From the NCBI GenBank assembly GCA_964532495.1, contig CAZHJZ010000005.1:920-64919 (forward strand): DNA of 64,000 bases, in the 5' to 3' direction. A program made the translations under genes and the position numbers. Positions within the stretch are counted from its first letter, which is position 1. Every line of letters begins with the position of its first letter. The stretch comes from an uncultured Candidatus Saccharibacteria bacterium (GTDB lineage Bacteria > Patescibacteriota > Minisyncoccia > Phycocordibacterales > UBA9973). Of this stretch, positions 18,337 through 28,835 are shown one piece after another. The notes below the pieces were generated by a model. That model saw only the letters and a program-made list of their open reading frames with translations, was not told the origin of the DNA and searched no databases.

Positions 18337-20514
18337 ATGGAATCCTTACAGCTCAGTACTCCGCTCGAAAAAGTAACCCGGATTGATGTAAATCAAAAAG
18401 CTGCTCTCAAGAAGCTCGGCCTCGCCACCGTGCGCGACCTGCTTTTCCACTTCCCTGCCCGATACTCACACATCAGCAATGTGAAGCTCATTCGAGATCT
18501 TCAGCCGGGAGATACGGCAACTGTGTATGGAAAAATAACTTCTATCGAAACAAAAAAATCCTTCAAGACTCGCATACCCATGAGCGAAGCTACTATTGAG
18601 GACTTATCCGGCACGCTCAAAGTCATGTGGTTCCACCAGGCTTACATCGCAAAGATGGTTCATGAAGGACAAACTGTCGGGCTTACCGGCAAAGTCACCG
18701 AAGGAAAGAAAGGCATATACTTTTCCAACCCAGAAATCGAAGCAGGAGCAGTTATGCCCATCGATAGCCATGACTCGTTGTTCGGCGAAGGCGAGGCCGA
18801 GGAAGTCTTCGGCTTCCCCGTCTATCCTGAAACTCGCGGCATTACTTCTCGCTGGATGTACCATACTATTCGCAGAATATTTCATAGCGGCCTTGTAGCA
18901 CAGCTTGATGAATATTTGCCTGAGGAAATATTAAAGAAATATAAACTGCCAAGCCTTTCCACTGCACTTATATGGATACATACGCCAAAGAATGAGAACA
19001 ACGCTGAAGCAGCAAAAAAACGCTTCGCCTTTGAAGAAGTATTCTTCATCCAGCTCAAACGCCAGCAAGAGCGATCCGAATATGAAGAAAACAAATCCTA
19101 TGATGTGCATGTTCTCGATGAAGATCTCGAAGAGTTCATTTCCCGATTTCCGTTTACGCCGACTGACGGGCAGTACAATGCTATTGAATCAATAAAAACA
19201 GATATGGCGCAGAACCACCCAATGGCGCGCTTGCTTGAGGGAGATGTCGGGTCAGGAAAAACCGCCGTGGCCGCAAGCGCCGCATACGCTGTCATCCGCA
19301 ACCGTCCAAAAGGCCAGAACTTTGGCGCACTTCAAGTTGCATACATGGCTCCGACTGAAATCCTGGCAACTCAGCACTTCGAAAACTTTATTAAATACTT
19401 TACGCACACAGGCATTCCAATTGCATTGATCACAGGAAGCGGTTGCCGCAAGTTCCCTTCCAAAGTTGCCTCACAGACAAACAGCTGGACGAATATTTCT
19501 CGCCCGCAGCTTTTGAAATGGGTAGCTAACGGAGAAATACCAATCGTTATCGGTACGCACGCCCTCATTTCAAAAAATGTGAAGTTCAAAGATCTCGCAC
19601 TTGTGGTGATCGACGAACAGCATCGTTTCGGATCCTTGCAGCGTGCCAAGCTAGCCAAGAAAGAAAACTTCGCGCCTCACTATCTTTCAATGACAGCAAC
19701 GCCGATTCCTCGAACGCTCGCACTAACTATCTATGGCGACCTTGATCTTACTGTTCTTGATCAGATGCCAACCGGCCGCAAGCCTATCATCACTGACATT
19801 GTCCTGCCCGACAAGCGTGAAGAAGCATATGAACTGATCAGAAAAGAAATGGCCAAAGGACGCCAGCTCTATGTCATTTGCCCGCGCATTGATGAACCAG
19901 ATCCATCCAAAGAAACTGCCTTAAATTTAAAATCCGTAACTGCAGAAGCCGAGCGCCTTGAGCGAACAGTATTCCCTGGCAAGAAGATTGCTATTCTTCA
20001 TTCTAAAATGAAAAAGGAAGACAAGGAATATGTCATGGAACAATTCTCCGAAGGCAAAGCCGACATTCTTGTCGCTACTTCTGTTGTTGAAGTCGGTGTG
20101 AACGTACCAAACGCGACGTTGATCATCATTGAAGGCGCAGAGCGATTCGGTCTTTCCCAGCTTCACCAGCTTCGCGGACGCGTCATACGCAGCAATGACC
20201 AGGCATATTGCTTCGCCTTTGCCGAATCCAAGTCAGATAAGACAAAACAGCGTCTCAAGGCCTTCAAGAACGCTAAGAACGGCTTTGAGCTCGCCGAGCT
20301 CGATCTTACCCTCCGCGGCGCAGGAGAACTCTCAGGCACCAAGCAATGGGGCATGACGGATATTGGCATGGAAGCCATCAAGAACTTGAAAATGGTTGAA
20401 GCTGCGCGTACCGAAGCAATCGCCATAATCCAAAAAGATCATACGCTCAATTCGTATCCCAAACTAAATACCGCCCTTTCGGAGCGGCATTTAGATGAAT
20501 TGCATTTTGAGTAA
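18337..20514 (+). CDS. recG: ATP-dependent DNA helicase RecG
   Basis: Wedge-domain N-terminus, Walker A 'GDVGSGKT', 'VVIDEQHRFG', helicase C motifs; 725 aa. Confidence 0.85.
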   Translation: MESLQLSTPLEKVTRIDVNQKAALKKLGLATVRDLLFHFPARYSHISNVKLIRDLQPGDTATVYGKITSIETKKSFKTRIPMSEATIEDLSGTLKVMWFHQAYIAKMVHEGQTVGLTGKVTEGKKGIYFSNPEIEAGAVMPIDSHDSLFGEGEAEEVFGFPVYPETRGITSRWMYHTIRRIFHSGLVAQLDEYLPEEILKKYKLPSLSTALIWIHTPKNENNAEAAKKRFAFEEVFFIQLKRQQERSEYEENKSYDVHVLDEDLEEFISRFPFTPTDGQYNAIESIKTDMAQNHPMARLLEGDVGSGKTAVAASAAYAVIRNRPKGQNFGALQVAYMAPTEILATQHFENFIKYFTHTGIPIALITGSGCRKFPSKVASQTNSWTNISRPQLLKWVANGEIPIVIGTHALISKNVKFKDLALVVIDEQHRFGSLQRAKLAKKENFAPHYLSMTATPIPRTLALTIYGDLDLTVLDQMPTGRKPIITDIVLPDKREEAYELIRKEMAKGRQLYVICPRIDEPDPSKETALNLKSVTAEAERLERTVFPGKKIAILHSKMKKEDKEYVMEQFSEGKADILVATSVVEVGVNVPNATLIIIEGAERFGLSQLHQLRGRVIRSNDQAYCFAFAESKSDKTKQRLKAFKNAKNGFELAELDLTLRGAGELSGTKQWGMTDIGMEAIKNLKMVEAARTEAIAIIQKDHTLNSYPKLNTALSERHLDELHFE

Positions 20515-20516
20515 AA

Positions 20517-21899
20517 TTATTTGTTTTCAGTTATCTCCCACGAAGCTTCTAAAACTTTCGCCATATTTTTTTCACCTCCTTTTATCATCCCTTGCATTAA
20601 TTCTTGTCTCTCAATAAACTTATCCATGTCGGTGATACGTATACGACTTTCAGAATCAAGTTCATAAGAAATCCCTATTCTTTCAAGATTGCTTTTATAG
20701 TACCAAGCATCTTTACCTAAACGATCGCCAGCTTCGTAAGCATCAACTCCTTTATTAATAACCTCTTCAAGTTCTCCAAGTAAAACAGTAGTGGCCTCTC
20801 TATTTGCATAATCAAAGATAGGAAAAGATTCTATATCTAACGATCTCATAATTTCTTCTTGCTTCTGATCACCGAAACCAATTTGTGTCTTAGACCCTGA
20901 TACGTAAGTGGCCACTCCGCGTCTACTTGAAGTGGTAAGTATTGCGTCAGAAACGAAACCTAGTGTTGATCTCTTTTTCCTAAGTTCACGGATCTTATCC
21001 CCTGTCCACTCCTGTTCCGCTTCCTTTGTCCCGGGAGGGTATCCACCTATTGATGAATAGATCGAACCCTTCATACAAGAATTACCTCCAAAAAGCATTA
21101 CATTGCCATTCTTGAAACCAACCTGATCGAGTAAGGTTGCAAGTTCTTGCCCCATTTCTACTGCCGGAAAACGTATAAAAGCATTGGGGTCAAACTGAAG
21201 ATTTCCTACTGCTCCTTCCTTTTCTGGGTTCTCTTCAAAGTATTTAATAAATGCATCCACATACTGCTCTGAAATTCCTTGATTGTCAGCATCATTACTA
21301 ACCAAAATTAAATCATTTTCTACTCCTGAAATTTTCTGTCGCAAGAGTGCAAGATCAGTTCCAATTTTTCGTATATTTGCAATTTTAACTTGCTCTTTTG
21401 GAATAAAAGATTGTGCCGCACGTATCTGTAATTCTGGGAAATCTTTCTGAGCTCTTTGGATTTCAGCCATAGTTTGCTCAATTTCTTCTTTTTTTTCCGT
21501 CATAACAGTATCTGGGGAATTGACAAAAAGAAGCACCTCGAATTCTTTTGGATTTGCATCTTGCAAAGAAAAAGATTCTAATGTTTTATAAATATTACTT
21601 GCTTCTTGATGCCCAGCCACAGGAATGCACACTACAAGTTTTGTCTCCTTACTCATTGGCTCGGAAATTTTTCCATTCAATGATTCTAATTGCTTTATGT
21701 AATTAGGATCAGAATGCTTGAAATACTCCTCACGTTCAGAAACATGGTCAAGGATCGCTTCACTATCTTTCAGTAAAGTCTCGTTTGGAATCGACTCCTC
21801 AAGCATTTCTGTTTGGGAAAAAACAAATTCCCCAGTTTTGTGAATTGGTTCATCCTTTTTCTTATTCATTGCTAGAAGAAAATTGTTTCCTATTTCCAT
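20517..21899 (-). CDS. GT-A/GT2-like glycosyltransferase domain protein (paralogous to a domain of the adjacent giant protein)
   Basis: 'CIPVAGHQE', DxD-like 'VSNDADN', 'GGNSCMKGSIYSSIGGY'. The same motifs occur in 21929-26536. Confidence 0.45.
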   Translation of the reverse strand: MEIGNNFLLAMNKKKDEPIHKTGEFVFSQTEMLEESIPNETLLKDSEAILDHVSEREEYFKHSDPNYIKQLESLNGKISEPMSKETKLVVCIPVAGHQEASNIYKTLESFSLQDANPKEFEVLLFVNSPDTVMTEKKEEIEQTMAEIQRAQKDFPELQIRAAQSFIPKEQVKIANIRKIGTDLALLRQKISGVENDLILVSNDADNQGISEQYVDAFIKYFEENPEKEGAVGNLQFDPNAFIRFPAVEMGQELATLLDQVGFKNGNVMLFGGNSCMKGSIYSSIGGYPPGTKEAEQEWTGDKIRELRKKRSTLGFVSDAILTTSSRRGVATYVSGSKTQIGFGDQKQEEIMRSLDIESFPIFDYANREATTVLLGELEEVINKGVDAYEAGDRLGKDAWYYKSNLERIGISYELDSESRIRITDMDKFIERQELMQGMIKGGEKNMAKVLEASWEITENK

Positions 21900-21928
21900 A
21901 TCTTTACAGACTACTTATTAATACTTAA

Positions 21929-24900
21929 CTACGCAGTTTCCTCCTTTTTAAATAAGGAAGACTGTAAGCCACTTTGAACCCCTTGAATTACATCTGATCC
22001 AATACCAGCTTCGATGCGCTTCTCATTAAGAATTTTTTTGATGTACTCTTCTTGTGTCATGTTTATAAGTTCACTTTTGTCTGTATCTGGGAGTGGAACA
22101 TACTCAAAAGTTGCACCCGGATACTTTTCCTGAAATTCTGAAATTTTTGCTTTCATTGCGTCTCGTCTCGAAGGATCAGATTCGAAAATCACAATTGCTG
22201 GCTGTTTAGAACGCTCGGTTGTTTCTGTATAGAGTTTTAGTCTTGATTTAACACTCTCTTCAAAAGTCGTTGTACTATCAGTCATAATTCCAAAAACATA
22301 ATCAGTATTTTGTTTCATTTTCTGTGAATCAGTTTTTTTCTCAGGAGTTGTATCAACTGATTCAGTTTTATTTTCAACAGCGACTTCTTCGACTGTCTTT
22401 TTACTAGCTACTCCTGGATCAACAACTTTCACTACCGGCTCTGTAGCCAGTAAATCCTCTGGGGAAGTTCTTCCGAATCCTTTGTCGCGTAATGCTTTTA
22501 ATTTGTCTGCAGCATCACGATACCCTGATCGCGCATCGCGCATTAATTTGCCTTCTTCTTGATATTTCTTGAGTCCCTTTATCAAAGAAGACATATTAGT
22601 TATGACAACATTACCAGCTGCATCAAGTTTATATTTAATACCAAGCATTCCAATAGCTTTTTTGTAAAAAGCGCTTTCCTTACCCAAAACTTCACCTCGT
22701 TCATATTCTTCTAGCGTCCTATTGATAACGAATTCAAATGATTTTTTTAATTTCGCAAGTGTGTCTTTATTTTCATAATCCACATGCCCTTTAGTATCCA
22801 GAGTTAATTTGCGAATTTCATCATCGTGCGCACTAAACCCTTGTATCCATTGTTCGATCGGTGCAAGGCCAGCAGCAAGTGCATGAATTGCGCGGCGAGA
22901 AGAAGTAAAAAGTCTTGTCTCAGTTCCAGCAAACGCAAATCGCTTTTTATCATCATCTCGAGCAGCAATAATTGCTTGACCAATCTCTATGTCTTCACCT
23001 CCCTTTTTTGTGTCATTATATCCACCTATTGCAGCGAATATGCTTGCACGATATGCACTGTTAGCACCACTCGAGACCATACGATCAGTTCGGCTTCTTC
23101 CAATAATGCTCAGATACTGGAACAATCGAGTACCAACTTGAATAGCAGGTATTTTTTGATATGATTCTGGATCCCAATCCAGTTGACCAAGCATTCCATC
23201 TACTTGGGGATTTTTTTCAAATTTATCGATAAATGTTTTGATATATCTCGGATCTATTCCCTTATTGTCTGCATCATTACTAACCATTATAAGATCAGGT
23301 GCATCGATACCACGTGCATGTTGTCGCACCAAAATAGCATCGGATAATAGTTTTCGAATATGACCGATTTTCGCTTCTTCTTCTGGTAGGACTTCGTATG
23401 CCACACGAATATTTATGTTCGGGAAGTCTTTTTTAAATCTTTCTATTTCATTTAGGGTTTCATCTGGTGTCACAGGCTTACCCTCTTTGTCTACATCAGG
23501 ATGATTCACAAAAACAGCAATTTCAAATTCTTCTGGATTTGCAGTCTGCATGCTGTAGTTTTTTAGTGACTCATATATATTTTTTCCTTCTTGATGTCCT
23601 GCAGCGGGTATACTGATTGTCAATTTACACTCTTTTCTCATTTCTCCCATTTCCGCGGCCATCTTTCTAACTTTTTTCATATATACTGGTCCTTGTTTTT
23701 CCAGATATGTTTCAACTTCTTTATATTGATCTAGTTTTGCGTATGGATTTTCTAAAAGAGTTTTAGAACGAACAGCTTTGAATCGTGCTAAATCTTCTTC
23801 AGAAGTATTTCCCCCTCTGTAATCCATATAGTAGGGCATTGGATCTGGGTTCTCAGGTGATGGGATGGGAACAGGTCGTGGTTCTGGTGTCCCCGGAGCA
23901 CCTCGCTCCAATGGTCGTCGCGCAAGAACTGGAATTGGAAACGGCGTATCGTAATCCCATGCATCTGGCACATCCAATTTTACGTTGTGTGAGATTGAAC
24001 CTTCAATGACACTAATGTCGTTAGCATGGTCAGTTCCGATATGCGTACCGAGAACTTGCATGATCTCGCGGCCATCTGGAGTAGTTCCATTTGGCTTTGC
24101 GATTTCAAGAAAGGCACCTGTGTAGACCGCGTGTCCGTTAACGTTTTCAAACAGCATTTTTCCTGCGTCGGAATTTGGATCGATATCGATCAAGCCAGCC
24201 TTATCAATAGGAACTTCAATAACATAATGCTGAGAATCTTTTGTAACTGAGAGGAGGGCTTTAAGAGCACCTGCGCTTCGTTCATTTGCTGCAGCAACCG
24301 AAACACCATCTTGGAATGAGCCATCGTTTGTCATGTGCTGCACGTTCAACTGGAAGTGACCGTTCGCTGCAATACCAGTGCCGCCAGCACCTGCCCAGTG
24401 AGTTCGAAGTTCGTTCAAATCTGCGCCCAGAAGATGTCCTGGGTGATTTGGGTCTGGATACATCGGCGTGTCATTGCCCATCCATTCTCGAGCAACATGA
24501 TGCAATCCTTTCAAATTCTTTGCTACCCAATCTGAAGCATGTTCAGTAACCGTCCTCTGAGTTCCTACGTTTGCGAAGCTTGAGTAAATGTCATGTTCTT
24601 TCAAAACATTTTTAGCAGCTTCGGTGAGATCGCCAGTGAGCGGATCTGTGTCGAGGTGAACATGACTTGCGATCACTTCCCCGTCGCGAATGATATCCAC
24701 TGTATGGTCAGCAGCATTAGAAATCGTCTGAACGCCGTCAGGCAACTGAATGTGTGTCTGTGAATCGAGAATCAGTTCATGTCCTGTACCGAATGGCATG
24801 CGAGGACCAGTGTGGAACATCATGCGTCGAAGTCCTTCAAGAGCCGTAGCGTGATGATCCATAGGACCAGTATGCGCGTTTATTGTATCTTTGATTCCAC

Positions 24901-26536
24901 CTGGAAGATGGTTTCGGATGCTCTTGAGTGTTCCAGAAACAACGTTGTCAGTATCAGCATGAATGACCGAAGATACTTCTTGGAATGCGAGTCCGACTCC
25001 AGCACTGATGAATGTCCCTTTAAGAAATGCAGTTGCAACTTTCTTTCGCTTTAAGCTATTGAAGATCTCATCTTTCTTATTGACACCAGTTTCGCCACCC
25101 AAAAGCTGCTCAGCTTGCAAACTTGCAACTGAAGCGAGGTATGCATCAAAATTTTCCGTTCGAGTATATGCAACTGTTTTCTTTTCAATTCCCTTTCGGA
25201 GCGCAACCTTCAATCGTGCGCGTGCAAGATCGAGGTCTGTTCGCTCGCGTTCAACCGTACTGAATGAAGAGTATGAAACGAGGTCGATCTTGCGAGTGTC
25301 TCCGAGCTTGATGCGAGCTTCAAGGTCAGCCAAGTTGGCAGTGATCTTATTAAATTCAGCAGCGTTGATTTCTCCAGATGCAACGCGAGCAATATCCGCT
25401 TCGAGCTGGTTTGAGATCGAGCGAGCACCGCGGGTTTCGTACATGTTCTTTTCCATTTCCTGGCGGCGTTCCATGTCAGCTTCGGTAAATTTCATTCCCA
25501 TTGCTCGTTCGCGAATGTGCTGAGCACGGTCGCGCTTCATGCGAGTATTTTCTTTGAGAGCTTCGATTCCACCGGCAGCCACTGCTCCTGCTCCAAAGCC
25601 TGCCCACTTGGCAGCCTTTTTACCAAGACCGACAGTAGCGAATTTTGCAGCTGAATACACAGCGGCAACCAATCCAACAGCACCAAGGCTGATAGCAGCC
25701 TGGCCAATTTTGGTCTTACCCATCGTATTTAAAATTTTGTCGAAGGTGTGCTTTTCCTGTTCGGTCTTCAAGCTTTCGCGAGCTTCACCAACCTCGAGTT
25801 GGACTTCAAAGTCGATCTCTGCGAGTTTTGTACCGTGAGCGACGGCATCGCGAACTTCCTCTGCGATCTCGGCGAGGTTATCTGCGTGCATCTTGCCGTC
25901 TGCGCCATAGTTCTTGTCAGCTTCTTTGAGTATGCGCTTCTTTTGTTCTTCAAACGCCTGCTTGGACATAGTTCCACCGGCGTATTCCTTGATCAAGTCC
26001 TTAACTTTTGAATTTACCGCCGTGCTCGCCTGTTTTTTTGAATCTCGTTCTTCCTGAGTAAGAACATCATTTTTGTACTCGCTCGTAAAACGGTCAACGA
26101 TGGCACTCATCGCTTCCTTGTGCGCAGCACCAGTGTCGCCTTCCTGTCCGACATAGAGGTTCTTGCTGCCGAGGATTTCTCCTTTTGCAGCCGCGATCTC
26201 TTTCTGGCGATAGTATTCCTGAGCGATATTGTGATTCCAGATACGCTTCCAAAGGCGAGACATCTTTTCCTTGAAGCCTTCCGCGGTGCGGTCATCTTTT
26301 GACTCAGCCATACGGTGATCGCCAATATCCCGAGCCTGTGCTTCCACAAGTCGGGTCGTATCTACAACTGCTGCTTTAAATATTTTCTTTTCCCATTTGC
26401 GCACTTCTTCCTTCGTTGGAGCCTTATTCTCCACAGCGTCAGTCTTTACTCCCTTGTCAGCTTCCACTTTCTTGCCAGGGTTCTTTTCCCTTCGTTTGTT
26501 GCTTCGGTCTATTGTAGGTGCTTTTTCTGCGCTCAT
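21929..26536 (-). CDS. Giant (1535 aa) membrane-anchored multidomain protein with GT2-family glycosyltransferase domain
   Basis: Charged/coiled N-terminus and Gly/Ala-rich TM segments at ~aa 280-330. His/Asp/Gly-rich central region. GT2 motifs 'IPAAGHQE', 'VSNDADN', 'SSGANSAYR...GGYN...GGEDIEIG'. Confidence 0.5.
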   Translation of the reverse strand: MSAEKAPTIDRSNKRREKNPGKKVEADKGVKTDAVENKAPTKEEVRKWEKKIFKAAVVDTTRLVEAQARDIGDHRMAESKDDRTAEGFKEKMSRLWKRIWNHNIAQEYYRQKEIAAAKGEILGSKNLYVGQEGDTGAAHKEAMSAIVDRFTSEYKNDVLTQEERDSKKQASTAVNSKVKDLIKEYAGGTMSKQAFEEQKKRILKEADKNYGADGKMHADNLAEIAEEVRDAVAHGTKLAEIDFEVQLEVGEARESLKTEQEKHTFDKILNTMGKTKIGQAAISLGAVGLVAAVYSAAKFATVGLGKKAAKWAGFGAGAVAAGGIEALKENTRMKRDRAQHIRERAMGMKFTEADMERRQEMEKNMYETRGARSISNQLEADIARVASGEINAAEFNKITANLADLEARIKLGDTRKIDLVSYSSFSTVERERTDLDLARARLKVALRKGIEKKTVAYTRTENFDAYLASVASLQAEQLLGGETGVNKKDEIFNSLKRKKVATAFLKGTFISAGVGLAFQEVSSVIHADTDNVVSGTLKSIRNHLPGGIKDTINAHTGPMDHHATALEGLRRMMFHTGPRMPFGTGHELILDSQTHIQLPDGVQTISNAADHTVDIIRDGEVIASHVHLDTDPLTGDLTEAAKNVLKEHDIYSSFANVGTQRTVTEHASDWVAKNLKGLHHVAREWMGNDTPMYPDPNHPGHLLGADLNELRTHWAGAGGTGIAANGHFQLNVQHMTNDGSFQDGVSVAAANERSAGALKALLSVTKDSQHYVIEVPIDKAGLIDIDPNSDAGKMLFENVNGHAVYTGAFLEIAKPNGTTPDGREIMQVLGTHIGTDHANDISVIEGSISHNVKLDVPDAWDYDTPFPIPVLARRPLERGAPGTPEPRPVPIPSPENPDPMPYYMDYRGGNTSEEDLARFKAVRSKTLLENPYAKLDQYKEVETYLEKQGPVYMKKVRKMAAEMGEMRKECKLTISIPAAGHQEGKNIYESLKNYSMQTANPEEFEIAVFVNHPDVDKEGKPVTPDETLNEIERFKKDFPNINIRVAYEVLPEEEAKIGHIRKLLSDAILVRQHARGIDAPDLIMVSNDADNKGIDPRYIKTFIDKFEKNPQVDGMLGQLDWDPESYQKIPAIQVGTRLFQYLSIIGRSRTDRMVSSGANSAYRASIFAAIGGYNDTKKGGEDIEIGQAIIAARDDDKKRFAFAGTETRLFTSSRRAIHALAAGLAPIEQWIQGFSAHDDEIRKLTLDTKGHVDYENKDTLAKLKKSFEFVINRTLEEYERGEVLGKESAFYKKAIGMLGIKYKLDAAGNVVITNMSSLIKGLKKYQEEGKLMRDARSGYRDAADKLKALRDKGFGRTSPEDLLATEPVVKVVDPGVASKKTVEEVAVENKTESVDTTPEKKTDSQKMKQNTDYVFGIMTDSTTTFEESVKSRLKLYTETTERSKQPAIVIFESDPSRRDAMKAKISEFQEKYPGATFEYVPLPDTDKSELINMTQEEYIKKILNEKRIEAGIGSDVIQGVQSGLQSSLFKKEETA

Positions 26537-26542
26537 AGGAGA

Positions 26543-26833
26543 TTAACTCAAATATATTGTTCTAAAAGTAAGGAGCTCGCTTGCTACCTTTTCCTCAATA
26601 TCTGGAATGTGCTTTGTGATGAAAGCTTGAATGTCGGCTTCGCTGCCGGTGTCGAGTATTGATGAGAATTCAGGAAGTACTTCCGCTGGAAGATTATCGG
26701 CGATCATTGCGTCGACGCGGTTTTCAACACGATCAAGCAAATCGGTCTTGATCTGCGCGATCACTTCGGGGTCCTTTTCGTCGAAGCCTTTTTCTTCCAC
26801 GAGCTGATCCACATACTGATTAAGATTTTGCAT
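26543..26833 (-). CDS. Small acidic hypothetical protein
   Basis: 96 aa, co-oriented and 6 bp upstream of the giant gene. Confidence 0.35.
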   Translation of the reverse strand: MQNLNQYVDQLVEEKGFDEKDPEVIAQIKTDLLDRVENRVDAMIADNLPAEVLPEFSSILDTGSEADIQAFITKHIPDIEEKVASELLTFRTIYLS

Positions 26834-27010
26834 GATTATATTATACTAAGTTAATTGTAATTCGTCAATACCCTGACTTTATACTATATATTGTATACCA
26901 AAAAGGCTTAGGATTCTATGATAAATGGGGATAAAACGCTAGGTAAATAAAAAACCGTCGCCCAGGTGGACAACGGTTTGTATGTGCATGTATGTTTGGT
27001 TGTAGCTACA

Positions 27011-27760
27011 TTACAGTTTTGCATGGGCAACTTCCCATACGTTTTCAAACTGCTCGCAGCATTTGTTAATTAATGAAAGCCCAGGGGCAGAGGTTAGTTC
27101 AACACGTAAATCACGAACTTCGTTCGGTATCACATCAGCAACATCGTGCTTGTCTCCATTTTTTTGTTGGTCAAAGTAAGGTGCAATTTCTGCATCAGAA
27201 AACACTCTGTTTCCTTTTTGGTCAACAACCTTAGTAAGGATAGCGCGAAAGGCTCTCAGCATCAGAGCATCGTTCTTGCTGATATAGCGCATGATAACGT
27301 ATCCCCTCAAAAAGTTTTCCTCCTCTAGGTGGTCTATCATAAATCTGGAAAGCTTCTTGCGTTCTTCGCGCATTGTGCCAAGTTTTACTGATTCAGTATC
27401 GGTCAGTAATTTTTTCTTACGTAGCAATTCACGCAGTACCACAAAGTTATGCAAGTAGCGCGGAGCAGCATTGGTCAATTTTGGGTTCGTTCCATGGGGC
27501 TGAAAGGTTTTTATACGCTTCAAAACCGTGGGGTCATTTACAAAATTTGCCAATTGAATCAAAAATACTGAGCCGGAACGGCCGTAGGTTTCAGAAATAC
27601 TGAAAAACAGGAATATCAGTGCTTCCACCGATTTTAACTGTAATCTGTCATGTCTTTCACACTTTTCCACCATTTTCAGCAGGTGCTTGCTGTTCGTTTC
27701 AATAAGGTTGTCAATTTTCTGATCCTTCTTGTCATTGGGGTTCTCGAGTACATCTTCCAT
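27011..27760 (-). CDS. Hypothetical protein
   Basis: 249 aa with no motifs; first gene of the co-oriented 4-gene block. Confidence 0.35.
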   Translation of the reverse strand: MEDVLENPNDKKDQKIDNLIETNSKHLLKMVEKCERHDRLQLKSVEALIFLFFSISETYGRSGSVFLIQLANFVNDPTVLKRIKTFQPHGTNPKLTNAAPRYLHNFVVLRELLRKKKLLTDTESVKLGTMREERKKLSRFMIDHLEEENFLRGYVIMRYISKNDALMLRAFRAILTKVVDQKGNRVFSDAEIAPYFDQQKNGDKHDVADVIPNEVRDLRVELTSAPGLSLINKCCEQFENVWEVAHAKL

Positions 27761-27874
27761 TCTTCTAGTTTTTTTCTGTTAAATAAAATATTAATTTTAC
27801 TTTACAGTATATTTAAAATTAGTCAAATACCTTTATATTCGCTCAGTTTTGCGCTACAATGCCAAAGCCAACTT

Positions 27875-27948
27875 CCACCCTTAGCTCAGTTGGTTAGAGC
27901 ACAGAGCTTATACCTCTGGGGTCCATGGTTCGAATCCATGAGGGTGGA
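27875..27948 (+). tRNA. tRNA-Ile-like with anticodon UAU (discriminator A73)
   Basis: Acceptor CCACCCT/AGGGTGG, D arm GCTC-AGTTGGTTA-GAGC, anticodon stem CAGAG/CTCTG with loop CTTATAC, T arm CATGG-TTCGAAT-CCATG. Confidence 0.7.
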
Positions 27949-28094
27949 CAATCTATTGACTTTTTAGGATTTCATGATAATTTAAAACCAATCCCCCACC
28001 TTTCCATTCGGATTGCCCAGCGCTGAATGAATAGCTTTTTTCTTCTATACGGAGAACAGGGCTATTCATTCACCTTTCAACCCCTAATATTTCT

Positions 28095-28535
28095 ATGGAA
28101 CCTCATAACTCCAAATTTCTCCTTTTTTGTGCTTGTATTGGTCTGATTGTATTATTATTCTGTTGGATAATCACTATAGTTTTCCTTATTAAAACCGTGC
28201 TGGGAATGAGAACATTCAAGCACAAAGCGTTCGAAAACTTAGGCCAGCCAGCTCCCTTATCTGAAGCATCGAAACGGCTGTATGCTGATGGCAAAGGAAT
28301 AGAGTTTGTTATACATTCTTTTGTTATAGATTTGTCGCAGGTAAAGCCTATGACAATGCCGGAAATGAGAACAGGCACAGGCCTTCTTTCTCATCCAAAG
28401 TACCTAAACGATGCATACCACTTTCGAATGCTCTTCAAATGGCATGAAGGAGAGAACATCCAAACCGATGGAAAAACCATCTACATATTAAAACAAGATG
28501 CGCTTAGCCGCCTCTACTACCTCGAAAAGAAATAA
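28095..28535 (+). CDS. Hypothetical membrane-anchored protein
   Basis: N-terminal TM helix; 146 aa. Confidence 0.3.
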   Translation: MEPHNSKFLLFCACIGLIVLLFCWIITIVFLIKTVLGMRTFKHKAFENLGQPAPLSEASKRLYADGKGIEFVIHSFVIDLSQVKPMTMPEMRTGTGLLSHPKYLNDAYHFRMLFKWHEGENIQTDGKTIYILKQDALSRLYYLEKK

Positions 28536-28718
28536 ACTATATACAATTGTTATGGTATTACAATCATCCTTATGGCTTACAACTGTTCGGGTGATTTTTT
28601 ATTACAGATCAGACCAAGGTTATGCTTACATACTATATGTATTTAAGGTCATATTAGGAGTATCCGCCTCCCCATGTTACAGTTACGGTCTTATTCGCCT
28701 AACTTCAAATAAATCATA

Positions 28719-28829
28719 TGGATCCTGAAACAACAACTCCAGCTGAGGAAGAAGTAGTAGTTCCTGCAGAAGAAACTACTGAAACTCCTTCTGCTGACGA
28801 AACAACAGAAGCTACTCCAGCTGAGTAAC
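28719..28829 (+). CDS. Candidate small acidic peptide (36 aa, MDPETTTPAEEEVVVPAEETTETPSADETTEATPAE)
   Basis: ATG-started sORF immediately followed by a canonical terminator. Confidence 0.25.
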
Positions 28830-28835
28830 TCTTCA

